Positions 19,316 through 28,879 of a stretch of 64,000 bases of DNA are shown piece after piece. The notes below the pieces were generated by a model that saw nothing but the letters and a program-made list of their open reading frames with translations, had not been told where the DNA came from and ran no database searches. Origin of the DNA: Minisyncoccota bacterium (GTDB lineage Bacteria; Patescibacteriota; Minisyncoccia; UBA6257; 2-01-FULL-56-20); NCBI GenBank assembly GCA_036266715.1, contig DATAXS010000006.1, positions 1,757 through 65,756 of the forward strand. Reading direction: 5' to 3'. Positions within the stretch are counted from its first letter, which is position 1, and every line of letters starts with the position of its first letter. Made by a program: the position numbers and the translations under genes.

Positions 19316-20863
19316 TTATATTTCGACTTCTTGGTTTTGGGTGGCTTGGAGCAATGCGGAGACCGTCATCGGTTCCTGTGTTTGCGGCGCGGCGGCGCGC
19401 ACGTATTTGGCAAAGACGACCGCATTGATGAGGCCCCACGAAAAGTTCGCGACCCAGGCGGGCGTCACGACGCCATGCGCGTGCACGACGGAATATGCCG
19501 CGCCCGCGACGACGAGCGGGATGTACGCCATTTGAGCAACCGTCAAATAAAGGAAGTTGCCGCGCTGGGCCCGTTTGGGCGTAATGGAGAATCCGGATTT
19601 CCTGCGGAAGAAAGAGGCGACCGACGAGGCAATGTGGATTTGGAATCCCGCGACCGAGAACGCGAGCGCGCGGTAAGTGAAGGAAGAATTGGAGGAGCGC
19701 TGGATGGTGTAGAGCATGAGCAGTATGTAGGGAATGAAGACGGTCGCGAGCGCCATCGTGGAGGTTTGGATGGGGAACTGTCCGGTAAAGAAGAACATAA
19801 GAGGAATAATGGCATCAATGAGCACCACCCACCCTGAAAGGAAGTAGCTCACCGAGGAGAGATATTGCATGCGCTGTTTGAACGTGATCCCGCGCGTAAA
19901 GAGCAGGTTGTGCTGGAAGATGAGGTCCAGGCTGCCGCGCGCCCAGCGTGCCTGCTGTTTTGTGTAGGCAAGGAAATCTTCCGGTGCCAAGCCGCGGGCA
20001 AGCACCTTCGGCACGTAGAGCGACTTCCAGCCGTTCTTATGGAGGAAAAATCCGGTAATGAAATCCTCGGCGATGCTGCCCTCGTACATGCCGCCGACCT
20101 CCATGAGCGCCGTGCGACGCACTACCATGTTCGTGCCGCACATGGTGACCGCATTCAGGCGGTTTTTCCCTTTGCAGATGGGGCCAAAGAAGAGCGACTG
20201 CTGTTCCCACGCGCCACCCGCCACGAAGTTGGTTTCGCTGTTCTTGTAAAATTGCGGCGTTTGCACAAAGGCGAGTTGGGAATCCGCAAAATAGGGGACG
20301 GTCTCGCGGAGAAACTCCGGCTTGGGAATATGGTCCGAATCAAAGAATGCCACGAACGGGCTCTCGGTGACGGACAGGCCGTTATTGATGTTGCCGGCTT
20401 TCGCCCCGCGCGGCTTCCGGCGCGTAATGCAATTCACGCCGAGCTGGTCCGCAAGGCGCACCACGTCGGCCCAGTTCTCTTTTTTTGCCACATAGCCATC
20501 GTTCAAAATAAACACGTAAAAGTTGGGGTAATCCATGGCGAGCGCGCCGCGCACGGTTGCTTCTATCACGTCAATCGGCTCGCCCGCCACGGTGATAAAG
20601 ACATCCACGGGCGGCGTGAATTGCGGGTCTTTCGGCACATCGTGCTCCGTGTCCCAGATGGTCCAGATAAAGGTGATGGCTTGCCAGAGGTGGAAGACCT
20701 CGCCGAAAATAAGAAGCCAGAAAAGGACCAACTCTCCTTTTTGGAAGAAGAACGCGATCATAAAGAAATAAAAGAGCGCAAGCAGGATGTTCACCGCAAG
20801 GAGAAGTTTGGGAACCTGAGTATTTTTAAGAAATTGTTCGTCGTGCATTGGATGTTGTTGCAA
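19316..20863 (-). CDS. processive family-2 glycosyltransferase, cellulose-synthase-like (BcsA/CesA-like, no PilZ domain)
   Basis: D,D,D,QxxRW signature: FILNDG...FFDSDH...TKQQARWARG. TM helices flank the GT-A core. Confidence 0.75.
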   Translation of the reverse strand: MQQHPMHDEQFLKNTQVPKLLLAVNILLALFYFFMIAFFFQKGELVLFWLLIFGEVFHLWQAITFIWTIWDTEHDVPKDPQFTPPVDVFITVAGEPIDVIEATVRGALAMDYPNFYVFILNDGYVAKKENWADVVRLADQLGVNCITRRKPRGAKAGNINNGLSVTESPFVAFFDSDHIPKPEFLRETVPYFADSQLAFVQTPQFYKNSETNFVAGGAWEQQSLFFGPICKGKNRLNAVTMCGTNMVVRRTALMEVGGMYEGSIAEDFITGFFLHKNGWKSLYVPKVLARGLAPEDFLAYTKQQARWARGSLDLIFQHNLLFTRGITFKQRMQYLSSVSYFLSGWVVLIDAIIPLMFFFTGQFPIQTSTMALATVFIPYILLMLYTIQRSSNSSFTYRALAFSVAGFQIHIASSVASFFRRKSGFSITPKRAQRGNFLYLTVAQMAYIPLVVAGAAYSVVHAHGVVTPAWVANFSWGLINAVVFAKYVRAAAPQTQEPMTVSALLQATQNQEVEI

Positions 20864-20865
20864 AG

Positions 20866-22263
20866 TTATTGTGAGAAGTTGAGGGCAAAAAGGTTGGGGA
20901 GGTCGTTATTGTAGAGCGCCATCCCGAACCATGCGATATTGGAGTCGTAGTAGCTGAGTGGCAGGCGCCACGTCTGCGTGTCGGGGTCATAAAGCGATTG
21001 GAGCTTTTCCGTATAGACCGTGTTGCTGTCTGCGGGATCTGCGACCATGAAGTATCCTATTGTGCCGCCATATACGGCAGGATCCTGGTAGAGCGGCGGG
21101 ACGGGAGTCCCGTCGTGCGCATAGACCGCGTCAAGAATCTGTTGTTTGTCCCATTGATCGGTAAGAAAGTGGAGTTTTTGGAGCACGGCTTCCGCGCGCG
21201 GGTCCTTGTTCCATTCCCAGTCAAGCGCGATGCGGAAGGGAACGCGGAGCGCATCGTAGCCGAAGTTCGTGTCTTCGCCGGAACTGGCTGCGGGAGCGGA
21301 GAGGCTGCCGGTAGTCGTGTCCATGACGACCCAGTCCGGCGGCAGGTCCGCGCTCGTCGCGCTTGTTGAAGCGTCGAGCGGAAGCGCAATACTGTTATCC
21401 AATACTTGGTATGAAGTGTTGATGAGACCGTTCCAGTCATCCGAAGGATCCACTTGGGCGAAGATGCGGTAGGCGTACGGGGCGAAGTACGAAGGGTCAA
21501 TGGGCTGCATTTCCTGCGTCTTTTCGGCGCTCGTCAGATTGTTGGGCGCGAGGTATGGTTCATTGTTTGCAATAAACACCTCGTTCGCCCAGATGCTCTT
21601 GACGATGGGGATCGCGGCCTCAAGGTACGCGGGGTTTTGCCAGCGCGCATAGGCGAAGATGAGCGAGAGGGCAATGTCCGTGTCGGCATCGCTCGCGCTG
21701 TTCTCCCCATTTTGTGCAACGATGACCCCGCCCGTTGTGTTACCGCCGCCGTTTCCCGCGGTAGTGGAAGGCCCCCAGAGCCACGAAAAGAGATTGTCGC
21801 TCCGTTGGAGGTTCGTTTGGGTCCACTTCCAGCTGGCATCGAAAGTCGGTTCGTCATCCATCCAGACCGCGCGGAGCATCGTGTATCCTTCGCCCTCGGA
21901 AGTACTGTCGTTGCTTCGCTCGGTGTCGAACGTGCGCCCGCTTGAGGGGTCGATATAAGATCCTTTGTAGTTTTCCCAGAGCGACGCGAGCATGGTCTTG
22001 TTCGAAAACACGGGTTCGGAAAGCGTTTGGGAATTCTTTTGGTAGTACCAGGTGCCGAGGAGCGTAACGCCGCCAAGCGCAAGGAAGATGACGCCAAATA
22101 TTTTTGCCAAAAAATGATTCCGCGCGGTACCAAGGATGAGAAGTAGTATTCCGGCCACGAGTACGGCGGCTGCGATCACGATGAGTGTGACGAACGTGCC
22201 GTGCGTGAGCGCGTTTGAAGGGTAGTAGTCGTAGTTAAAACTTGTGGAAACGGTGGTAGGCAT
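20866..22263 (-). CDS. glycoside hydrolase family 8 (BcsZ-like endoglucanase), membrane-anchored/secreted
   Basis: GH8 motifs TSEGEGYTML and ASDADTDIALSLIFA. Start trimmed to the internal Met to avoid a 110-nt overlap with the upstream gene. Confidence 0.7.
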   Translation of the reverse strand: MPTTVSTSFNYDYYPSNALTHGTFVTLIVIAAAVLVAGILLLILGTARNHFLAKIFGVIFLALGGVTLLGTWYYQKNSQTLSEPVFSNKTMLASLWENYKGSYIDPSSGRTFDTERSNDSTSEGEGYTMLRAVWMDDEPTFDASWKWTQTNLQRSDNLFSWLWGPSTTAGNGGGNTTGGVIVAQNGENSASDADTDIALSLIFAYARWQNPAYLEAAIPIVKSIWANEVFIANNEPYLAPNNLTSAEKTQEMQPIDPSYFAPYAYRIFAQVDPSDDWNGLINTSYQVLDNSIALPLDASTSATSADLPPDWVVMDTTTGSLSAPAASSGEDTNFGYDALRVPFRIALDWEWNKDPRAEAVLQKLHFLTDQWDKQQILDAVYAHDGTPVPPLYQDPAVYGGTIGYFMVADPADSNTVYTEKLQSLYDPDTQTWRLPLSYYDSNIAWFGMALYNNDLPNLFALNFSQ

Positions 22264-22303
22264 GTGTGTGGATTTGATACGCCGTGCGGCGGTGCGCGTT
22301 ACG

Positions 22304-24187
22304 TTAATAAAGTTTGTAAATAAATATGGTGGTGCCCACGCGATAGTCGGGTGGCGGTACGCCACCCATGCCCGGCGCGGGCGCGCGGAACGCGGTGAGC
22401 CAGGAATATTCATCGCTCGGGTCGCGCGCGTAGCCTGGCGCGGCCGGCTGGATGGCGTCCTGGAGATTGTTTATGGAAACTGCAAAATACTCTATGCCCT
22501 GCGACGCGGGATTGCCCATGGAAGAATTCCACGCCACGTATTTATTGCCCAAGTAATATGCCGGATTGGAACCGCCAAAGAAGTCCAACGCGAGCTGGTT
22601 CACTTGGGGGTTCTGGTTCATCCACGCTTGCAGGGCGAGCATGTCCTGGCCCCAATCGTAGTTGGAGTCTGTTACGTAGCGGTAGCCGTTTTCCGTCCCG
22701 TCACCGAGCTCGTTGAAGTACGAGAGGAAGTGCGGGTAAGCAAATGCTGTTTCGCCGAGCGACCATACGAGCATTGCTCCCACAAACGCGCCCTTCCACG
22801 AGAATTTGCTTCCATTGCCCGCCGCCGCGCCCGCTCGCGGCGCAAACCAGCGGCGGAGCGAGCTCGTCGCGAGAACATACATGAGCGGAATGGTGGGTAG
22901 GAGGTGCCGCACGCCGATGTTCAGCGTGCTTTCTATGCTGATGCCCCAATAGACCACCACAAAAACAAACATGGCGAATTGCGGGAATTCTTCCCGTATG
23001 TAGCTCCAGAACCGACTTTTCCGCTTCAGAATGACGGCGATGATCCTTGCAAGCGCAAGGATGGCCGCGAGCACGAGGAGGATGAGGACCGGCAATGTTT
23101 CCTTGAGCGCGTAGACGACGGGGAAGTAGAGGTGCGTGCCGTAGGAGTAGACCTTGCCGAGAAAGTAGCTTGTGTTGCCGCCCGTGAGGCGCTCAAAGTC
23201 CATGATCTCGCCAAGGAGATATTCCGCCATCGGACGCGTGAGGGGATTTCCCGCGGCCTTGATGTCAAGTTTCGCCAAGCACGTGACGGGATGGGTCGGC
23301 TCGCATGTGCCGGACGCAATCCCGCCGACGATGGATACTGTATCCGAAAGTTGGCGTGCGGGCGGATACCCGGCCGTAAAGATCGCATAGAGCGGATAGA
23401 CGATGACCGCATACCCGATGACGCCAATAAGCAGGAAGTAGCCGATATATTTTAAAAGCCGGCGGAAAAAGGAGCGCGCACGCTGTGCGGCGAACGGATC
23501 TTTTTTCCAGTCGCGTACCACGGTACCAAGAAAATCGAAAAGCAAAAGGATGGCAATCACCGGGATGAGGATGAGGTCGGAAAATTTCATGACCTGCGCG
23601 ATGCCGAGCCCGATCCCGGCGATAAACAAATTCTTTGCGCCGGGTTTTTGCATAAAGCGCACGAAACAGAATAATCCAAAGACCGCGCCGAATGCCGCAG
23701 CGATGTCCGTCGTCACGTAATGCCCGTTTGCGAGGATGACGGGCGAGAGGCCGACCATGGTCGCCGGCAGGAATGCCCATGTGTACCCAAAAAGCTTTGC
23801 GGCCCAAAAATAGGTGAGCAGGATGAGTCCGAGCGTGAGGAGCATGGGGAACAGCCGTGCCCAGCCGATGATGGCAGAGGCGCTGTTTCCCAAGCCGAAC
23901 AAAAATGCGCCGCCTACGCCCCATTCGCCGTTCACGGAGGTCGTCCAAAAGGAATTGGTATCCGGGAACTGCAGGTGCAGGAAGAGGAGCGGGACGGCGG
24001 CGAGCGCCTTAAGCAGAGGGGGATGTTCGGGATTCAGGCGGTAATCAAAACGGGTGATGTAGGCGTATCCGGCGGGAATATGCGCAAGTTCGTCCACCAC
24101 GGCGGACTCGCCCTGTGCACTTCCCCACATAAGCGCAAAACTCAGTGCACAAAGCACGAGAAGCGCGATTCGCGTTTTCTTCGTCAT
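22304..24187 (-). CDS. second GT-C fold glycosyltransferase (PMT_2/GT39-like) membrane protein
   Basis: VVDELAHIPAGYAY loop motif followed by many TM helices. Confidence 0.6.
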   Translation of the reverse strand: MTKKTRIALLVLCALSFALMWGSAQGESAVVDELAHIPAGYAYITRFDYRLNPEHPPLLKALAAVPLLFLHLQFPDTNSFWTTSVNGEWGVGGAFLFGLGNSASAIIGWARLFPMLLTLGLILLTYFWAAKLFGYTWAFLPATMVGLSPVILANGHYVTTDIAAAFGAVFGLFCFVRFMQKPGAKNLFIAGIGLGIAQVMKFSDLILIPVIAILLLFDFLGTVVRDWKKDPFAAQRARSFFRRLLKYIGYFLLIGVIGYAVIVYPLYAIFTAGYPPARQLSDTVSIVGGIASGTCEPTHPVTCLAKLDIKAAGNPLTRPMAEYLLGEIMDFERLTGGNTSYFLGKVYSYGTHLYFPVVYALKETLPVLILLVLAAILALARIIAVILKRKSRFWSYIREEFPQFAMFVFVVVYWGISIESTLNIGVRHLLPTIPLMYVLATSSLRRWFAPRAGAAAGNGSKFSWKGAFVGAMLVWSLGETAFAYPHFLSYFNELGDGTENGYRYVTDSNYDWGQDMLALQAWMNQNPQVNQLALDFFGGSNPAYYLGNKYVAWNSSMGNPASQGIEYFAVSINNLQDAIQPAAPGYARDPSDEYSWLTAFRAPAPGMGGVPPPDYRVGTTIFIYKLY

Positions 24188-24322
24188 AATGATGGCTCCA
24201 TATTCTTTTTTTAATTTTCAAGAAATAAAGATGATATCGCCATGAAGGCGCGCGCGGGCAGGTGCGCGCCGGGCGCACAAAAAACGCGCGCACCGATGAT
24301 CGCGGATCGCGCGCGGATTTTG

Positions 24323-24828
24323 CTAGCGGCTTTTCTTCGCAACGATCTTCGTCGTGGCGTCGCTCTCCATTTTGTCCAAAACGTTTTGTGCGGCGAGAAT
24401 GCGGAGCTCTTCCGCCATGTGGATGCGTTCGCGGAGCTCGGTTGTGGAGAAGCCATGGTCGCGACCGTTGAAGTGCACGCGGTACGGCAGGTCCCAGCCG
24501 GTAAATTTCTTTCCTTTCCAATCCGCGCCGATGATGCGCACGTCGTAACGGACGATTTTCAAAAGGTCATAAAGATCGGCTTCCGTGGAGTAGTACACGA
24601 TCTCGTCCACGTACTTGATGCTTTGGAGAATAATGCGCCGTTCCTCAAAGGACATGACGGGTTTGTTCTTTACCTTCTCCCGATAGCCGGGATCAAGCGT
24701 GGGATCGGTCTGCAGGGCGACAATGAGATAGTCGCAGACCTCCTTGCAGTCCTTGAACATGAGCATGTGCCCGGCGTGGCAAAGGTCGAACGCGCCGCAG
24801 GTGAAACCGACGTTGTATTTTTTCATAA
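24323..24828 (-). CDS. cytidylyltransferase (glycerol-3-phosphate cytidylyltransferase TagD-like / RfaE domain II-like)
   Basis: GFTCGAFDLCHAGHMLMF matches the (H/T)xGH nucleotidyltransferase motif. Start taken at MKKYNVGF. Confidence 0.65.
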
Positions 24829-25025
24829 TTGCAATTTTCGCATTGGGGAGATTAAAAATTTGTGAAGACCCTGCATATTTCCGGTTCATCGCCCGTTCAC
24901 TGGCCCTCCGTTTTAATAAGTATAAAAGCCGCGCACGCAGTGAGCAACCATGGCGGTTGGCGCCGCGTGCGACGCGCAATAAATAAAAAGGTCAATTGGT
25001 AAAAATAAGCAAATAAATAAAAACA

Positions 25026-26495
25026 ATGTTTATAAAAACAAAAAAGTGGAAAAAAGTGGTCTTGTCGCTCGTGCTCGGCGTGGCAGTGGTGGCGCTCGGT
25101 GCCTTTGCCGTCACGCGGGCGCAGATGGTCTCCTCGCTCTCCATCGCTTCGTCTTCGGCGAGCGACCAGAGTTCCCTGCTTTCGGTCACCTCGGTGGATG
25201 AGACCACGGATACCAGCTTGCTCACGGGGAATGCCACGAGTTCCGTTTCGGTGGGGCTCATAAGCCAGGACGGCGCGAACACGAACGGTGTTTCCGTCGC
25301 GGTCCAGCTTCTGCAGAACGGCAACGTGATCCAGCAGGCCGTCTACAGCAACCAGAACATTCTCCATGAGAGCCCGCAGACATATTGGCTTTCGTTCTCC
25401 GGCGTTCCGAACGGAACGTACACCGTTGCGGTCGTGGTCAATAACCCCGACGGCAGCGTGAACGCGTCCTTTAGCAATCTCGGCTCGGTCGTAGTGTCAG
25501 GGAGTACCGTTACCTCAACCTCCACGACTACTTCCACCGCCGCGAACGCGATCCAGATAATACCCACGAGCTTGCCCGACGCGACCGCTTCCAGTTCGTA
25601 TTCTGAGACGCTTACCGCCTCGACTACGATGAGCGGTCCCTTCACGTGGAGCCTTGCTTCCGGGACGTTGCCGGACGGCCTTTCGCTTGATACGTCGGCC
25701 ACGAGCAGCATGGCTACGCTCTCCGGCACGCCGACCACGGTAGGGTCATCCACGTTCGCGGTGAATGTGGCGAACGCCACGAGTTCCGCGTCGCAGACGT
25801 ACACGCTGAGCGTTGATGCGCCCGCGAGCGGCACGCCCACGCCAACCTATGCGGTTCAGATAGTTCCCGCGTCGCTTCCCGATGCGACGGTAAGCAGTTC
25901 GTATTCGCAAACGCTCACCGCCTCCACGTCGGCAAGCACGTCATTCGCGTGGAACGTCGCTTCCGGGACGTTGCCGTCCGGGCTTAGCCTCAATACGGGC
26001 ATAAGCAGCACGACGGCCACCATCACGGGCACGCCGACTGCAGCAGGATCGTCCACGTTTACCATCGGCGCGACCGACGGGACGAACTCGTCTACGGAGT
26101 CATATACCTTGAGCGTGGATCCGTCGTCAACGACAACCACCACCACGAGCACGGCGACATCTTCCGGCGACCTCGCCATAAATAGCGTCTATGAGCCCGC
26201 GACGAGCGTGAATGCAAGCGATACGCAAACCACCATCACCCCATATCTCGTTTCCACGAACGGTGCGAATGTGGGCAATGTGACGGTGCAAGTAGCGCTT
26301 CAGCAAAACGGTACGGTGATTGATTCGCAGTCCTATGGCAACCAGGATATTCTCCACGAATACCCGCAGGCCTATCCGCTCACCACGTCGTCCACGCTTC
26401 CCGCCGGGACCTACACGATCGCCGTCACGGTCTATAACGCCGATAATTCGGTGAATGCTTCCTTCCCAAACCTTGGGACTCTTACGGTGACATAG
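25026..26495 (+). CDS. secreted surface protein with two putative-Ig (He_PIG-like) domains
   Basis: Signal peptide. Twice GPFTWSLASGTLPDGLSLDT...TLSGTPTT. Ser/Thr-rich linkers. Confidence 0.55.
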   Translation: MFIKTKKWKKVVLSLVLGVAVVALGAFAVTRAQMVSSLSIASSSASDQSSLLSVTSVDETTDTSLLTGNATSSVSVGLISQDGANTNGVSVAVQLLQNGNVIQQAVYSNQNILHESPQTYWLSFSGVPNGTYTVAVVVNNPDGSVNASFSNLGSVVVSGSTVTSTSTTTSTAANAIQIIPTSLPDATASSSYSETLTASTTMSGPFTWSLASGTLPDGLSLDTSATSSMATLSGTPTTVGSSTFAVNVANATSSASQTYTLSVDAPASGTPTPTYAVQIVPASLPDATVSSSYSQTLTASTSASTSFAWNVASGTLPSGLSLNTGISSTTATITGTPTAAGSSTFTIGATDGTNSSTESYTLSVDPSSTTTTTTSTATSSGDLAINSVYEPATSVNASDTQTTITPYLVSTNGANVGNVTVQVALQQNGTVIDSQSYGNQDILHEYPQAYPLTTSSTLPAGTYTIAVTVYNADNSVNASFPNLGTLTVT

Positions 26496-26578
26496 CCGCG
26501 CGGCGGCATTCAAAGCGAGTCAAGTAAAAATGACACAAAACAAAACCCGGGATTTCCCGGGTTTTGTGGCATTAAGGG

Positions 26579-27871
26579 CTAGCCTGTGATCACAACCTTC
26601 GCAATGCCAAAAATGCTCTTCAGTGAGTATTGGGAGGAAAAGGGGATATCGTCGCCGTTCGCCACGTACGGGTCGCGCATGATGTAATTGCCTTTGCTGC
26701 CGCTTATGAGCACCACATAGTGCGTGCCGCCGTACGCATTCAGTCCCACGATCACCGGGTTTCCGGTCGCGAGCGTTGCGTCAATGGTCGTCGTCTTGCG
26801 CGTGACCGTTGCGCCGTCCACGTTGATCGTGGTGAGGAGGTAAGCGGGATAATATGCCGCGAAGTTGGCGGGATTGGAATTGATGGTCACGGGCGTCACG
26901 TCTTTATAACCGTAATGCGTGAGGACCATGGCAAGCGAGGTAACAAGGCACCCGTCGCTTGCGAGCGTGTATTTGGTGCCGTCAAGCGGGAGGTTGCCCC
27001 AGAGCGCGTCGCGCTGGTTGTAGTAGCAGCCCCACGCGTCACAATCCGTTTGACCGGCAAGCAGTTTGGAGCCGCCGGCGTTTTGCGTGAATGCCGAAAA
27101 GCTGTTGAGCTCGGCCTGGGCTGCGGCGAGCAACTGCTCGTACGTGGATTCTTTCTGGTCCGTTTCCGTAAGCAACTGGTTTTTGGATTGCACGGTCTGG
27201 GTGAGCGATTGTTGCTGGGAAGAAAGTGATTGCTGTTGGGTGGCAAGCGTCTGCTGTTTTTGCTGCGAGGTGGTCTTTGAGTCCGCAAGCGTGGATTCTT
27301 GCGTTTGGAGCGATTCGAGTTCGTTTTGGACGGCGCCTTCCACCTGCAGGGTGGCGTTCGTGTCGCTCCATGCGTCCGCGAGCGTGTTGGATGAAAGCAC
27401 CTGCATGAGGAGCGATTGGCCGTCATCCTTCTGGAGATTCACAAGATATTCTCCGAGCGCCTCCTGGTCGGTCTGGATCGTGGCTTCCGTATCGGAAATT
27501 TCTCCCCCGATCTGCTGGATCTGCAGCTGGGTGATGTTTATCTGATTTTGCGTCACGGAGATCTGCGCCTGCACTTTGCTCTTTTGGAGGTCAAGGGAAC
27601 TGATGGCCGCCTGGAGCGTTTTCTTGTCCGCGCCCACCTGCGTGAGCTCCGCCTGGTAGGTGGCGATCTGCTGGTTGAGCGATGTTATCTGCGCATTGTT
27701 GGCGTCTATCTGTTGCTGGAGCACGGCATCCGTGCTCGTCGCGGCGGTCGCGCTAGTCGAGGTGGTCGTTTGGGCGAGCGTCGCTGGAATGCCCACGCCT
27801 ACAATGAGCGTGAGTGCGCCGAGAAATAAGCCAACGCAGAGCGTTCCGAGTACTGCGAGATGCCTCATCAT
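26579..27871 (-). CDS. secreted coiled-coil protein with C-terminal C39-like (papain-fold) peptidase domain
   Basis: Signal peptide. Q/L-rich heptad region. C-terminal DGCLVTSLAMVLTHYG...GGTHYVVL matches Peptidase_C39_2. Confidence 0.55.
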   Translation of the reverse strand: MMRHLAVLGTLCVGLFLGALTLIVGVGIPATLAQTTTSTSATAATSTDAVLQQQIDANNAQITSLNQQIATYQAELTQVGADKKTLQAAISSLDLQKSKVQAQISVTQNQINITQLQIQQIGGEISDTEATIQTDQEALGEYLVNLQKDDGQSLLMQVLSSNTLADAWSDTNATLQVEGAVQNELESLQTQESTLADSKTTSQQKQQTLATQQQSLSSQQQSLTQTVQSKNQLLTETDQKESTYEQLLAAAQAELNSFSAFTQNAGGSKLLAGQTDCDAWGCYYNQRDALWGNLPLDGTKYTLASDGCLVTSLAMVLTHYGYKDVTPVTINSNPANFAAYYPAYLLTTINVDGATVTRKTTTIDATLATGNPVIVGLNAYGGTHYVVLISGSKGNYIMRDPYVANGDDIPFSSQYSLKSIFGIAKVVITG

Positions 27872-27917
27872 TTGATTATATAAAAATCCAAGAAAACAAG
27901 CACATTTTCATGAAGAT

Positions 27918-28472
27918 ATGCGCTATTTGTGCAATAATAATGGGATGTTCGCGCTTTTTTGGTCGTTGCTCTGTCTCATAGCACTTTTTTGCATTCTCTA
28001 CGTGCTTTTGCGCCCGATGGTGCACGGCGCAATCTATTTTCCCACCGATCCGCGTCGCGTGGAACTGATAATGGAGATATTGCGGCCGCATGCGGGGCAA
28101 AAGGTGGCAGATATCGGTTCGGGCGATGGACGGATCCTCATTGCACTTGCGGAACGGGGTGCCACGGCACACGGTTACGAAATAAATCCCATCCTCGTGT
28201 GGCGGTCCCGTCGTGCCATCCGCGCCCGCGGCCTCGCAGGCCGCGCCTTTGTCCACTGGAAGGATTTTTGGCGCGTGGACCTTGCCGGTTTCGACGCGGT
28301 CGTTGTGTACGGATTCCCGCACCTCATGCAGGGGTTGCAGGAAAAATTACAGAAGGAGCTCAGGCCGGGTGCGGCGGTAGTTTCCTGCGTGTATTCGTTT
28401 CCGAGTTGGGCGCCCGCCATGAAGCGAGACAAAATATATTTTTACGAGCGTGGACAGAAGATCGAAATATAA
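27918..28472 (+). CDS. class I SAM-dependent methyltransferase (small)
   Basis: VADIGSGDGRILIALAERG glycine-rich SAM-binding motif I. Confidence 0.55.
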   Translation: MRYLCNNNGMFALFWSLLCLIALFCILYVLLRPMVHGAIYFPTDPRRVELIMEILRPHAGQKVADIGSGDGRILIALAERGATAHGYEINPILVWRSRRAIRARGLAGRAFVHWKDFWRVDLAGFDAVVVYGFPHLMQGLQEKLQKELRPGAAVVSCVYSFPSWAPAMKRDKIYFYERGQKIEI

Positions 28473-28538
28473 ATAAAAAAATATGAAAAAGGCCCGGCTA
28501 TCATTTGATGCAGCGGGGCCTTTTGTGGAGGTCATTGT

Positions 28539-28808
28539 TTACGTCCTTACCCGGAAGGTCAGTGCCGTTCGGGGTTGTGCCCGAGAAAGCATGACGAACG
28601 GTGTCAGGAACGCGGCGATGATCGCGCAGACATACAGCATGAACATGAATTCTGCGAACATGACCACGGCCGCAGAAAATGCCCATCGGTGAGAAACGGC
28701 ATACAGCGAGGCGGCGAATGGTGACCAGGTGAGCACCAAAGCCAACACGAAAACTACGTCGAGAACCATGTCCCAAAAGGTGAATCTCGGGATTCGGGGA
28801 GCGTCCAT
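28539..28808 (-). CDS. small membrane protein (89 aa)
   Basis: Three hydrophobic segments. No known motifs. Confidence 0.3.
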   Translation of the reverse strand: MDAPRIPRFTFWDMVLDVVFVLALVLTWSPFAASLYAVSHRWAFSAAVVMFAEFMFMLYVCAIIAAFLTPFVMLSRAQPRTALTFRVRT

Positions 28809-28879
28809 GTCTTACCTCCGTTGCGTTCAGGGTTGACTACGCAGTGCTAGATTCAGTCTAATATATTTTTAATACCTTG

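Noticed and set aside
19865-20914. 349-aa plus-strand ORF overlapping the GT2 gene
   Set aside because: Antisense to a gene with a clear D,D,D,QxxRW signature. Composition is Arg/His/Glu-rich with no motifs.
24188-24322. GC-rich palindromes (ggtgcgcgc...gcgcgcacc) between the cytidylyltransferase and GT-C genes as a terminator
   Set aside because: The stem is present, but the loop is long and there is no U-tract. It may simply be a GC-rich spacer within the operon.
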